Assembly (NCBI RefSeq): GCF_028368995.1
Contig: NZ_JAQNDL010000001.1
Span: 1,088,001 to 1,152,000, forward strand
Direction: 5' to 3'
From: Nannocystis bainbridge
GTDB taxonomy: Bacteria > Myxococcota_A > Polyangia > Nannocystales > Nannocystaceae
Length of the DNA stretch: 64,000 nt
The notes beneath the pieces were generated by a model, which worked only from the letters and a program-made list of their open reading frames with translations, made no database searches and was not told the DNA's origin. Position 1 is the stretch's first letter; the number at the start of each line of letters is the position of its first letter. Positions 18,833 to 27,722 of the stretch are shown here, in pieces. Made by a program: the position numbers and the translations under genes.

Positions 18833-19348
18833 ATGGTGCCGATGCAAACCCTGCAACTCGCTCGCAAGGCGAACGCGACCCCCAAGAGCCCGATTGGTCT
18901 CCTCAAGGTGGTTTTCATTCTGGGCTACGGGACCCCTGGCTCGGTGGTTATCGCTCGCCTCGATGTTATGGGGGCCGCCGAGCGGACGCTGCTCCTGGGA
19001 TTCTTGATGTTCTATCCGCTCGTCATTCTGTCGGTCCTCTATTTGCTGGTGTCTAGGCATTATTCGAAGCTGTACACCCCCTATGATTTTCGAAAAGAGG
19101 CCCACTTCCTCGCATTGGCCCGGCTGCTGATCTCGAAGCCCATGAAAATTCACGCCAAGAGGAATTCCGCGGTGGAAGAGCTGCCGGGAGAGGCTGGGCT
19201 GGGCCCGCTCACCCTGGAGCCGGCGCCTCGTATTGCGGCGGATGAGGCGTCCGTGAAGAATGAGCTAGACCTTCCCGCCCCCTCGCGGAGGGGGCCAACA
19301 GAGGGCACAGGACGATCGCATCGATCCCGAACTCCGGCGGGTGGGTAA
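18833..19348 (+). CDS. Low-GC hypothetical membrane protein, possibly truncated
   Basis: Hydrophobic segments followed by HYSKLYTPYDFRKEAHF; AT-richer than the flanks. Confidence 0.55.
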   Translation: MVPMQTLQLARKANATPKSPIGLLKVVFILGYGTPGSVVIARLDVMGAAERTLLLGFLMFYPLVILSVLYLLVSRHYSKLYTPYDFRKEAHFLALARLLISKPMKIHAKRNSAVEELPGEAGLGPLTLEPAPRIAADEASVKNELDLPAPSRRGPTEGTGRSHRSRTPAGG

Positions 19349-19521
19349 ATTGGGCCGGGGACTTGGCCTGCCAGCTCCATCCGCGGAACCGGTCCTCGAC
19401 GCAGCGTCCGAGCTCAGCATGAGCAGACCCGCTGTTGATGGCTCGCTCGCCACCTCCAGGGCGTGCCCGGCACACGATGGCACGCGGCGAGGTCGTGTTG
19501 CAGCGCCGACGCGGCTCGAGA

Positions 19522-19953
19522 TCAGGCGTCGCTCAGCCGGCTTTTCCTCGCCTCGTTGCGGGACTGGCGAGGCTCTGCCAGCAGCTCGACGACCTTCTTG
19601 CCGAACTTGACGATGAGCTGGGGCCGCAGCTCGGCGAGGCTGAAGCCCATCTCGCGCTGCCCTTTGACGAAGTGCGCGCAGGTGACGGCATAGAGGGGGT
19701 ACCTCGACCTGTTGCCGCGCCCGCCTGTGCCCTCGGGCTTCGGCAGGAGGCCAGCACGAACCCAGTCGGTGAGAGAAAGCTTTTCGATGCCGCCTGCACC
19801 GGCCACTTGCTCGGCGAGCACATAGACGTTGGGGAGCGACTTGAACACCTCGACGGCTCCCTGGGTCATCGCCGCCTCGACCTCTTCGGAAGTGGCGAAG
19901 CGCGGAAGGGTCTTGAGCTCCTGAGGCATGGCCGCTGGGGATGTTGCCATCAT
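19522..19953 (-). CDS. MerR/Xis-like winged-HTH protein (paralog 1)
   Basis: TDWVRAGLLPKPEGTGGRGNRSRYP...QREMGFSLAELR; clear paralog of 40156..40635. Confidence 0.8.
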   Translation of the reverse strand: MMATSPAAMPQELKTLPRFATSEEVEAAMTQGAVEVFKSLPNVYVLAEQVAGAGGIEKLSLTDWVRAGLLPKPEGTGGRGNRSRYPLYAVTCAHFVKGQREMGFSLAELRPQLIVKFGKKVVELLAEPRQSRNEARKSRLSDA

Positions 19954-20172
19954 CTCGCAAGTTTTTCTCGAATTTCCCCGGCGATCTCCCGGCAGGGGCG
20001 CCCCACCGGTCGTAGAAGACCTCGCGGCCTGTGCGCCGCGCGTCGTGCGGCTGGGGAGAGTGGACCGAGGTGGAGGTCGACCGGTGATCCTTGCGCGCTC
20101 CGAAGAGCATGGTTCTCCATGTCGGCACGCAGGTCTTTTTCGACGCTTTCTGTCCAAAGAGCCAGGTAGCGA

Positions 20173-20187
20173 TGTATGCCGCATACA
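20173..20187. promoter_or_regulatory. Palindromic operator TGTATG-CCG-CATACA, copy 1
   Basis: Perfect 6-3-6 palindrome in a divergent intergenic region; identical copy at 26040. Confidence 0.7.
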
Positions 20188-20227
20188 AGATTTCCGCGGC
20201 TGAACGGGCTCTGTGAGCTGGTTGACC

Positions 20228-21979
20228 ATGACAATCTGCTCGTGCATCGTCGCGGACGTGTTGGGGGATCACGAAGTGCCTGCTCTGCAGGCGAGCCCTC
20301 CTTGCGGGCAAGGGTGCGAAGAAGAACCCGACGAGGAAGAGGTCGACGATCTCCTCGACGAGGACTCGCAGGCGCCGGGGCTGGTGGCCGAGGCGGGCGC
20401 CGCGCTCGTGGTCGGTGATCGCATCGAGCTCTACGAGCCGATCGGGGACGGAGCGACCGGGCAGGTCTTTCGCGGCTACCACCGCAAGCTCCGGCTTCCT
20501 GTCGCCGTGAAGGCGCTCTACGACGACCTGCAGCTCCGCGACGATAGCCGCGAGCGCTTCCGACGCGAGGCTCAAGCGCTCGGGCATCTTCAGCATCCCG
20601 GCATCGTCCGGATCTACGACCTCGTCGAGCTCGAGGACGGGCGAATGTTTCTGTGCATGGAGCTGCTCCGCGGGCAGACCTTGAACGCGCTGCGGAAGGC
20701 CGGCCATCGGTTCCGACCGGAGCAGGCCGTCGACATCGGACTCCACCTCTGCGACGCGCTCCAATGCGCCCACAGCGAGGGCATCCTCCACCGCGATCTC
20801 TCCGCGTCGAACGTCATGCTCCTGCCGGAGTCGTTCGACGAGGCCGACCTCCGGAACGCCCCCCGCGGCGGGCGGATCAAGGTCTTCGACTGGGGGCTCT
20901 GCAAGTACCTCGACCGGTTCTGGTCGAGAGGCGAGCACCGCCACGACGCGCCGCCGGGCTCGCGGATGGCGACCCCGATGGGGGCGCGGTTCGGCACGCC
21001 CGAGTACATGGCGCCGGAGCTGCTCGCCAAGGATGGCCCCCACACGCCCACGCCCTCGACCGACGTATATGCCGCGGGCGTCGTCTTGTTCGGGCTGCTC
21101 ACGGCGGGCATGCCGTTTCGCCCGGGGAACCGCAGGCGTCCGCGCGCCATCGCGGAGTTCGTACCGGGCTTCGCGTGCCCCGAGCTCGAGGCGGTGATCC
21201 AGCGAGCGATCGACCACAACCCGGTCACGCGCACCCAGACGATGAGGGCCCTCCGCGACGGCCTCGAGCTCGCTCGAGCGGCGCTGGCCAGCGCATCGAG
21301 TTCGATGAACGCGCCGCCCATGGTGCCCTTCCGGGTGTCGCTCGAGCAGGCGCGTATCGATGCCTCGACCGCGAGCGTTGGGTCTGAGCTCGCGCTTTCG
21401 AAAGGGCCGGCGCTGCCCGCCGATCCTGCGTCCTCGGCCCCGCTCGTCGAAGTGCGGACGGGCGTGATCCATCGTGCGATACGTCGGCGTCTGCTCGACG
21501 CAATCGGCGGCGCCATGCTCGGGGTCGTGGGGACGCTCGCTGCGCTTCGAGGGGCCCCTCCGAGCGCGGCTCTGGCCCCGGCCGCAGCTCCCGGTGTTGC
21601 TGACGAACCCGTCGTCCTCGCCGGGCGCCTCGAGCGTCCGCTTGCCCAGCCGCGCGAGGAGGTCGAGGCGCCAGTGAGCACGCCCGCTGCTGTACACGCG
21701 CCACCGCCTCCAGAGGAGGCGAGACCGACAGCAGAGCGGTCCTTGCCGACCATGCGCGAGGCGCTGGATCGGGCTGCCGAGCCCCTGCGTCGCTGCGCCA
21801 AGATCGCGGGCTGCCCGCTGTTCGTCGAATTCACGGCGGCGGCGCAGCTCGATCACTTCGCCTCGGTGTCGGCGGACGTCGACGCATCCGACGTCCTTGG
21901 TTGCGTAGACGACTCGACCCGCGAGATCCGGTTCCAACCGACCGCGCCGGTCTTCTTTACGGAGGTCTACAGCCCATGA
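20228..21979 (+). CDS. Hanks-type Ser/Thr protein kinase with TM and C-terminal extracytoplasmic domain
   Basis: IGDGATGQV, VAVK, HRDLSASNV, DWG (DFG variant), GTPEYMAPE, DVYAAGVVL; TM AIGGAMLGVVGTLAAL. Confidence 0.93.
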   Translation: MTICSCIVADVLGDHEVPALQASPPCGQGCEEEPDEEEVDDLLDEDSQAPGLVAEAGAALVVGDRIELYEPIGDGATGQVFRGYHRKLRLPVAVKALYDDLQLRDDSRERFRREAQALGHLQHPGIVRIYDLVELEDGRMFLCMELLRGQTLNALRKAGHRFRPEQAVDIGLHLCDALQCAHSEGILHRDLSASNVMLLPESFDEADLRNAPRGGRIKVFDWGLCKYLDRFWSRGEHRHDAPPGSRMATPMGARFGTPEYMAPELLAKDGPHTPTPSTDVYAAGVVLFGLLTAGMPFRPGNRRRPRAIAEFVPGFACPELEAVIQRAIDHNPVTRTQTMRALRDGLELARAALASASSSMNAPPMVPFRVSLEQARIDASTASVGSELALSKGPALPADPASSAPLVEVRTGVIHRAIRRRLLDAIGGAMLGVVGTLAALRGAPPSAALAPAAAPGVADEPVVLAGRLERPLAQPREEVEAPVSTPAAVHAPPPPEEARPTAERSLPTMREALDRAAEPLRRCAKIAGCPLFVEFTAAAQLDHFASVSADVDASDVLGCVDDSTREIRFQPTAPVFFTEVYSP

Positions 21980-23043
21980 TGTTCACCGCGTGGATCCTGT
22001 CCACGGTCCTGTTGGCGTCGCTGACCTCGGAGGCGAAGTGCGAGCCCACGGACCTCGCGTGCAAGGCCGCGGACTTCGTCCGACAAGCGAAGGACGCCAA
22101 GACTCCCGAGCTCCGCGCGCAGTACCTGCACGCCGCCCACCGCTCCTACCTCGCGCTGTTCGATCAGACCGGCGACGTGAAGCACCTGTGCGCCGCCCGG
22201 AGGATGTTCGATCGTAGCGTGGCGACCGCGGGCAAGTCCGCGGGCTCCAAGGCGCGGCGCGAGGAGCTCGAGGCGCGTGAGCGACGTGCCAACGTCGAGT
22301 GCCGCGACAAGCCGGCGCGCACGCCCAAGCCCAAGTCGCCACTGGTAGCGCGCGTCCAGGACTCTCCCCGCTCCGGGGATCGTACAGAGCTCCCATCGGC
22401 GACCGGCTCGGCCGCCTCGACGACTGATTCGGCAAACTCGGCGACCGACCCGACCGCTGCGGCGACCGCCCCGGCTGCTCCGCCTCTGACGCCGGCGAAG
22501 GAAGTCATCGCGGACCTCGCCGAAGTCTCTCGCTCGCCGGTTCACGCCGCACCGCCGGCCGACCTCGCTCCCGTCCGCGGAGCGGGCGCGCTCCCGTCGA
22601 CCTCGGCTGCGAGGCCACCGACCGTCGCGCCAACCGTCGACGGGCCCGCACGTGCGCCGTCACCGGCACCCGCGAGCACGTCAGCGCCGCGGCCCGGTAG
22701 CGACCTCCTGATCGCCGGCGGCGTGACGCTCGGAGCCGGGCTCGCGCTCACCGCGGCCGCGAGCTACTTCGGTCACGGCCTCGTCGAGGTCAAGCGCGAC
22801 GCGGTGGCCCTGCACGCCGAGGCCATGGGCGCTCCGACCGATGCACAACGCGAAGAAGAGCAAGCGCTGGGTCGAGAGTATCGCCGCAACGGCCCCCCGG
22901 CGCTGGCGCTCGCGCTCACCGGCGGCGCCTCCCTCGTCACCGCGGCGATCCTGCTCGGCATTGGCGGCAAGCGGGCTCGCGCCGCCTCGAACACCGCCCT
23001 CGTGCCCCATCCCGGCGGCATCGCCGTGCGCATGAACTTCTAG
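21976..23043 (+). CDS. Exported TPR-like protein with Pro/Ala linker and C-terminal membrane segments
   Basis: ATGA overlap with the kinase stop, signal peptide, helical repeat, two Gly-rich hydrophobic helices, ends GGIAVRMNF. Confidence 0.8.
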   Translation: MMFTAWILSTVLLASLTSEAKCEPTDLACKAADFVRQAKDAKTPELRAQYLHAAHRSYLALFDQTGDVKHLCAARRMFDRSVATAGKSAGSKARREELEARERRANVECRDKPARTPKPKSPLVARVQDSPRSGDRTELPSATGSAASTTDSANSATDPTAAATAPAAPPLTPAKEVIADLAEVSRSPVHAAPPADLAPVRGAGALPSTSAARPPTVAPTVDGPARAPSPAPASTSAPRPGSDLLIAGGVTLGAGLALTAAASYFGHGLVEVKRDAVALHAEAMGAPTDAQREEEQALGREYRRNGPPALALALTGGASLVTAAILLGIGGKRARAASNTALVPHPGGIAVRMNF

Positions 23044-23052
23044 GAGGTCCCC

Positions 23053-24735
23053 ATGTCCCCCCGCTACGAATTCTTGCTCGTGGTCGTCACGCTGGCCGCC
23101 TGCCCTCCGCCCTGGGAGTTCTTCCCCGCGTGCGACGACGGGACGGGCTGCGCGTCGACCTCCACCAGCTCGACGTCCGGCTACGCCACCACCACCGGCG
23201 GCTTGCCGACCGGCGAGATCCAGACGGCGGCGAGCGGCAGCTCCGAGCCGGGGTCGTCGACGGGGATCGACACGCCCTCGCTCGACCTCCCGCCGGAGGG
23301 CCCGACCCTGGAGGCCGAGCCGGACGCGCTCGAAAAAGCCGGCACGACGGACCTCAAGCTCCACAAGATCCCGCCGGACATCGAGTCGGTCGAGCTCAAG
23401 CTCAACGGCAAGCTCCTCGCCGAGCTGACGCCGGACGACTTCCCATACACGTGGGAGGCCTTCTCGGAGAAGGACAACGGGGAGCACACCTTCGAGGCGC
23501 GCCTCAAGAACAAGAAGGGTCAGAGTCAGACGATCGAGGCGAAGGTCTTGGTCAAGCTCCCGCCGCCGGGGAGCGTGCGGTGCTCGTTCCCCGTCGACCT
23601 GGCGAGCGAGCCGCCGGGGACCTTCTCCGCCATCCTGTACACCGAGGACGCTATCGTCGTCGGCGGCTGGCGCGACATCGGCAGCGGCGCGCGCATGGTC
23701 GTGCACAAGCTCGACCCGGACTTCTGCACGCCACAGCCGGGTTGGCCGCGGATGATCGGGGACTGGACCGAGTACCCAGCCCTCGCCTCTAAATTCTCGG
23801 TCGTGGCGGCCCTGGCCCTCGACGAGCACGGCAACATCGTGGTCGGCGGCAACCTGCTCGAGGGCTCGCTGCCGCAACGCTACACGGTGATGCTGACGCC
23901 GGAGGGCGACGCCATCGCCGACACCGAGGTCGTCGGGCTGGTCGGCGAGGCCGTCTCGGGCGTGGCGATCACGCCCCAGCCCGCCCCGATCGTCGTCGCG
24001 GTGGGGTGGTGGACCGTGAGCGAGAACCCGGTGTCGACCGACTGGCGGTGGTGGCGCATCCACTCGGCCGAGGACGTGAACACAATGGGCGCCCCGGCCC
24101 CCTGGACCGAGGACGAGCAGCCGGATTTCTTCAACACATTTAGCGAGCGGGCGCGCGCGGCCGCCCTTCATCCAGACACGGGCATCCTCTATATCGTCGG
24201 CGATCGGGACTACAAGGACGACTTCAACAATGTCTGGATTCGGAGCTGGACCGCTCGCGTCGATCCATTGACAGGGGCGATGCTGAGTTCACCATGGACC
24301 TCGGCTGGCGATGGACTCTACCTGCAAGACGCGACGACGTCGCTCGCCTTCTGCGGCGAGCGACTGATCGGGTCTGGGTGGACGCAACGCACCCCAATCA
24401 ACACGAGCAAGCGGCAGCAGTCGACCCGCTGGATCGAGGTCGACGGGACCTCAACCCACTGGATCGCCGAGTCTACGCCGAGCGAAGGCTTCGGCGCCGC
24501 GTGTGACCGCGAAGGGAAAGCGGTTGTGGCGGGGAAGCGCCCGTCGATCGACCTTGACGCACAGGTCTTTGCGTTCATGGATGCGGAAGGCCCTCGCATC
24601 CCCTACACGTTCCACGTTGAGGGTGATGACGCCGCCCTTGGAATGGCCTGCGACGTGCGAGGATTCTGCGCATGGCCAGGCTACCGCACAATCGACGGGC
24701 ATTCGGTGGCCGTAGTGCAGGTGCACCACCCGTGA
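23053..24735 (+). CDS. Lipoprotein with Ig-like and beta-propeller-like domains
   Basis: GGAGG RBS, lipobox LAAC, Ser/Thr linker, YTW...DNGEHTFEAR Ig-like motif, ALALDEHGNIVVGG blades. Confidence 0.8.
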   Translation: MSPRYEFLLVVVTLAACPPPWEFFPACDDGTGCASTSTSSTSGYATTTGGLPTGEIQTAASGSSEPGSSTGIDTPSLDLPPEGPTLEAEPDALEKAGTTDLKLHKIPPDIESVELKLNGKLLAELTPDDFPYTWEAFSEKDNGEHTFEARLKNKKGQSQTIEAKVLVKLPPPGSVRCSFPVDLASEPPGTFSAILYTEDAIVVGGWRDIGSGARMVVHKLDPDFCTPQPGWPRMIGDWTEYPALASKFSVVAALALDEHGNIVVGGNLLEGSLPQRYTVMLTPEGDAIADTEVVGLVGEAVSGVAITPQPAPIVVAVGWWTVSENPVSTDWRWWRIHSAEDVNTMGAPAPWTEDEQPDFFNTFSERARAAALHPDTGILYIVGDRDYKDDFNNVWIRSWTARVDPLTGAMLSSPWTSAGDGLYLQDATTSLAFCGERLIGSGWTQRTPINTSKRQQSTRWIEVDGTSTHWIAESTPSEGFGAACDREGKAVVAGKRPSIDLDAQVFAFMDAEGPRIPYTFHVEGDDAALGMACDVRGFCAWPGYRTIDGHSVAVVQVHHP

Positions 24736-24746
24736 CCGACGCCTTC

Positions 24747-25940
24747 TTACTGAGGGATATGGAGATTCTCGCAGAGCATCACGATCTCGTCGACGAAGCT
24801 CTCGAACGGCTCCGCGTAGCTCGGCTCGCAGATCGAGACGAAATGTCCGTGAGCGACGTTGTCCGCGAGTTCCCGAAGAGGATTCACGTCTTCAACAGGA
24901 TTGAAGGGGTTGCATAGATTGCCAAAGCCCGCGTCGATGTCCGTGGAGAATGCGAGCACAGCAAACGCGTCCTCATTATCGTGCTTGGCGTCTCGAAGAG
25001 ACTGGGCCCAGCTCTCCACCGTGCCCGGAGAGAAGGCGTCATAGCCATCATCGAACAGGGTCACGACGAGTAGTGCATCCTCGCGGAGAAATCCCGCGTT
25101 ACAACCTTCCGGCGCGTTGAGCTCGAAGCTGATAGCGTGGACCATTCCTGCGGCAGTCTCAGGGACCGCTCCATTAATGCCAACCTGAGTCAGGCAGGCG
25201 AACGACTGCTCGAACATAGGATCCTCACCCAAAATATATCGATGCCCTCCGTAGAAGTCGCATCGCCGGTTTGCCGAACCTGCACCGGCGGGAAAGGTTA
25301 CACCCGCACCGAGCGTCGTATCACAAGCATCGAGCTCTGCCTTGCACAACGGGGGCTTTGCATTGTACGTACAGTCCTCCGCGTCCGCGCAGTTACTGCA
25401 GGAGTCCATATTGAAAGCTCCGGTAGGGCTCGCCGACAACACCCGAACATCGAACTCGCCTAGTTGATCCTGGATCTTCTTCATGAAGATGGGGAAGGCG
25501 TCGGAGAGCTGCTTCTGAACCTCCTCCATTCCGCCCCACGCGCTAATTACGAAAAGAAAGTCGATCTTGCCCTTGCACCCGATCGGAGGCATGGGGGGAG
25601 CGTCGGGCACGGCCATGTCGAGTTTGGGCCCGTCCTGCCCGGTGCTTGTCGAGCCCGACCAGCCGGACGAGCTGGTTGACGACGTCGAGCTCGAGTCCGA
25701 CTCCGCCATAGCGTCCGTCGAGCTGCTCGAGCCGACCGGGACCGTCGTCACTCCGGGATGGCTCGGGCCCGAAAACCCGGTCGCGGCATCCCCGCCGTTG
25801 CAGGCGACGGTCAGACCGAGGAGGACGGCGAAGCTGAAGAACCCGGGCCGCACACGCTGACTGTAGCGGAAGTGCGCCTCCCTGTCACGCGTCGGCCGGC
25901 GCCTGGCGACAAGTCTTCGACCGAGACGCCCCGCCTTCAC
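24747..25940 (-). CDS. Cys-rich lipoprotein with vWA-like fold (myxobacterial family)
   Basis: Lipobox LTVAC, Ser-rich linker, GCKGKIDFLFVIS, CNAGFLREDALLVV. True start probably near 25855. Confidence 0.75.
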   Translation of the reverse strand: MKAGRLGRRLVARRRPTRDREAHFRYSQRVRPGFFSFAVLLGLTVACNGGDAATGFSGPSHPGVTTVPVGSSSSTDAMAESDSSSTSSTSSSGWSGSTSTGQDGPKLDMAVPDAPPMPPIGCKGKIDFLFVISAWGGMEEVQKQLSDAFPIFMKKIQDQLGEFDVRVLSASPTGAFNMDSCSNCADAEDCTYNAKPPLCKAELDACDTTLGAGVTFPAGAGSANRRCDFYGGHRYILGEDPMFEQSFACLTQVGINGAVPETAAGMVHAISFELNAPEGCNAGFLREDALLVVTLFDDGYDAFSPGTVESWAQSLRDAKHDNEDAFAVLAFSTDIDAGFGNLCNPFNPVEDVNPLRELADNVAHGHFVSICEPSYAEPFESFVDEIVMLCENLHIPQ

Positions 25941-26039
25941 GGTGTTCCTGGACCCCTACATACCGGACCCTGAGCAACAGGCGGGGGCTCGCAGTTGAAC
26001 GTAACGCGCGATCCCGGCTGGCGGACGAACGACAGCACG

Positions 26040-26054
26040 TGTATGCCGCATACA
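26040..26054. promoter_or_regulatory. Palindromic operator TGTATG-CCG-CATACA, copy 2
   Basis: Identical to 20173-20187. Confidence 0.7.
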
Positions 26055-26200
26055 CGGTGGGCTGTCTTTCTGGACAGGATGGGCTTGGAGAGCATCAGGC
26101 CGAGATGTCGCGCAACAGATTTTAACGATACCAACGGCCCGGTATCCTCGAATTGCCCTTCGGTCCGTCGAGCGAGATTCCTCGCTCGAGAACTATCGAA

Positions 26201-26215
26201 TGTACGCCGCATACA
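26201..26215. promoter_or_regulatory. Palindromic operator TGTACG-CCG-CATACA, copy 3
   Basis: One mismatch to copies 1 and 2; 82 bp upstream of the SUFU gene. Confidence 0.65.
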
Positions 26216-26296
26216 ACGATTTTGAGCCGTCAACCAGTTGAGGTTTTCGTCATCTCACATGTTCCTGAGCCGAGCACCATGCACGATACTCGCGGC

Positions 26297-27046
26297 ATGG
26301 CGAAAAACGAGAATAGAACCCCGCGCGAGCAGGCCAGCATTCTTTATACGCATGCACCCAGAACAGACGGGTTCCGAGCGCCCGAGTATGGCGACGCAGA
26401 GCGGATTCAGGCCATCGAGACGCACGTGGCGCAGCGGGTCGCCCCCGCCGTGACCGTGTTCCACGAGATCATCTCGGCCACCATCCACCTCGACGTGCAC
26501 GCGGTTCCACCGGGGACGGGTCACCCCTACTGGTTCCTCTTCACCACCGGTATGAGCGCCCTGCCGATGCACATGCCCGAGGGCGTCGAGGCGTGCCCGT
26601 TCGCGGAAGTGTCCGTGCTGTTGCCACCGACGTGGAAGGTGGACCAGGAGTTCTGGAGCGACGAGCGTTGGTACTGGCCTACACGCTGCATCAAGACCCT
26701 CGCTCGCCTGCCGCACGACTACAACACGTGGTTGGGGTGGGGCCACACCGTGCCCAACGGCCAACCCCCGCAGCCTTTCGACCCCAGCACGCGGCTCGCG
26801 GCCATGCTGCTGCTCCCGTCGCTTACCCTTGGCGTGGACGCGCTGAAGGTCCGCGCGAAGGGGGTCGTCGTCGCGGAGTTGTGGACGCTCTACCCGCTCC
26901 ACGCGGACGAGCTGGAGTTCAAATTGCAGCACGGCACCGATGCGCTCGTGGATCTCTTCGAGGCCCGCAACGTCGGCGACGTCATCGACCCCGAGCGGCC
27001 CAGTGTCATCCCGGTACACCGGCGTAAGCTGTTAGGGCTCTTCTGA
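26297..27046 (+). CDS. Suppressor-of-fused (SUFU) domain protein, putative immunity protein
   Basis: VFHEIISATIHLDV, LFTTGMSALPM, WPTRCIKTLARLPH...WLGWGHTVPNG, LYPLHADELEFKLQHGTDAL. Confidence 0.9.
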   Translation: MAKNENRTPREQASILYTHAPRTDGFRAPEYGDAERIQAIETHVAQRVAPAVTVFHEIISATIHLDVHAVPPGTGHPYWFLFTTGMSALPMHMPEGVEACPFAEVSVLLPPTWKVDQEFWSDERWYWPTRCIKTLARLPHDYNTWLGWGHTVPNGQPPQPFDPSTRLAAMLLLPSLTLGVDALKVRAKGVVVAELWTLYPLHADELEFKLQHGTDALVDLFEARNVGDVIDPERPSVIPVHRRKLLGLF

Positions 27047-27066
27047 CGCGCCGACCAATGCTCGCC

Positions 27067-27717
27067 CTATTCTGGTTCGTCTCGAAAGACGAAACGGATC
27101 GGGGTACCGTCTGGCAGGGCTTGAATTTGGCGCGCGAGTTCTCCCCGAAAGCGCATGCCCTCCACGGCGTCGCACGCGTAGAGATTTTCCAGCTCGAATC
27201 TCCCTCCCGTCACGAACGGCAGTTTCGGAAGCAGCCGTTGCGTGAGCTCGATGGGCCCGAAGCTCGTCCGCCATTCGTGCGCGAGCCGCTGTCCAGTCAG
27301 GTAGCTCGTGTCCTCGAGGACGCGCTCGGCCCAGCCGTCGAGGCTCTCTGCCATCAGCTCGAGCACGGCCGTCTCGGGGTCGAGCAGGAAGATCCTGTCC
27401 TCGCGGATGCAGAACTGGCCGCCGAAGATGTCGTCCGCGAAGAAGACTAGGTCGTCGACGAGCGGGCCGTACGCGTCGCGCCACAAGGTCGAGCCATTCC
27501 AGCCGGTCAGGCTCAGCGGGTGTACCTGTGCGACGGCCGAGAACACCCGAAGCGCTCGGTCGAAGGCCAGGAAGCCGTTGCGCATGCGGAGCAAGCGATC
27601 CAACTCGAGAAGTCTCGCGCCAGCGTGTTCCCGAACCCAAGGGTCGAACGCGACTGGTATTTCGGCCAACGGGGGACCGGCGAGAGATACGAGCTGCGTG
27701 AGCCGATCGAGCGTCAT
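27067..27717 (-). CDS. SMI1/KNR4 + DUF1851 (Tdi1-like) immunity protein
   Basis: RNGFLAFDRALRVF, FFADDIFGGQFCI, LLDPETA, RLLPKLPFVTGGRFELENLY; starts 5 bp after the Rhs toxin stop. Confidence 0.85.
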   Translation of the reverse strand: MTLDRLTQLVSLAGPPLAEIPVAFDPWVREHAGARLLELDRLLRMRNGFLAFDRALRVFSAVAQVHPLSLTGWNGSTLWRDAYGPLVDDLVFFADDIFGGQFCIREDRIFLLDPETAVLELMAESLDGWAERVLEDTSYLTGQRLAHEWRTSFGPIELTQRLLPKLPFVTGGRFELENLYACDAVEGMRFRGELARQIQALPDGTPIRFVFRDEPE

Positions 27718-27722
27718 CAGTC

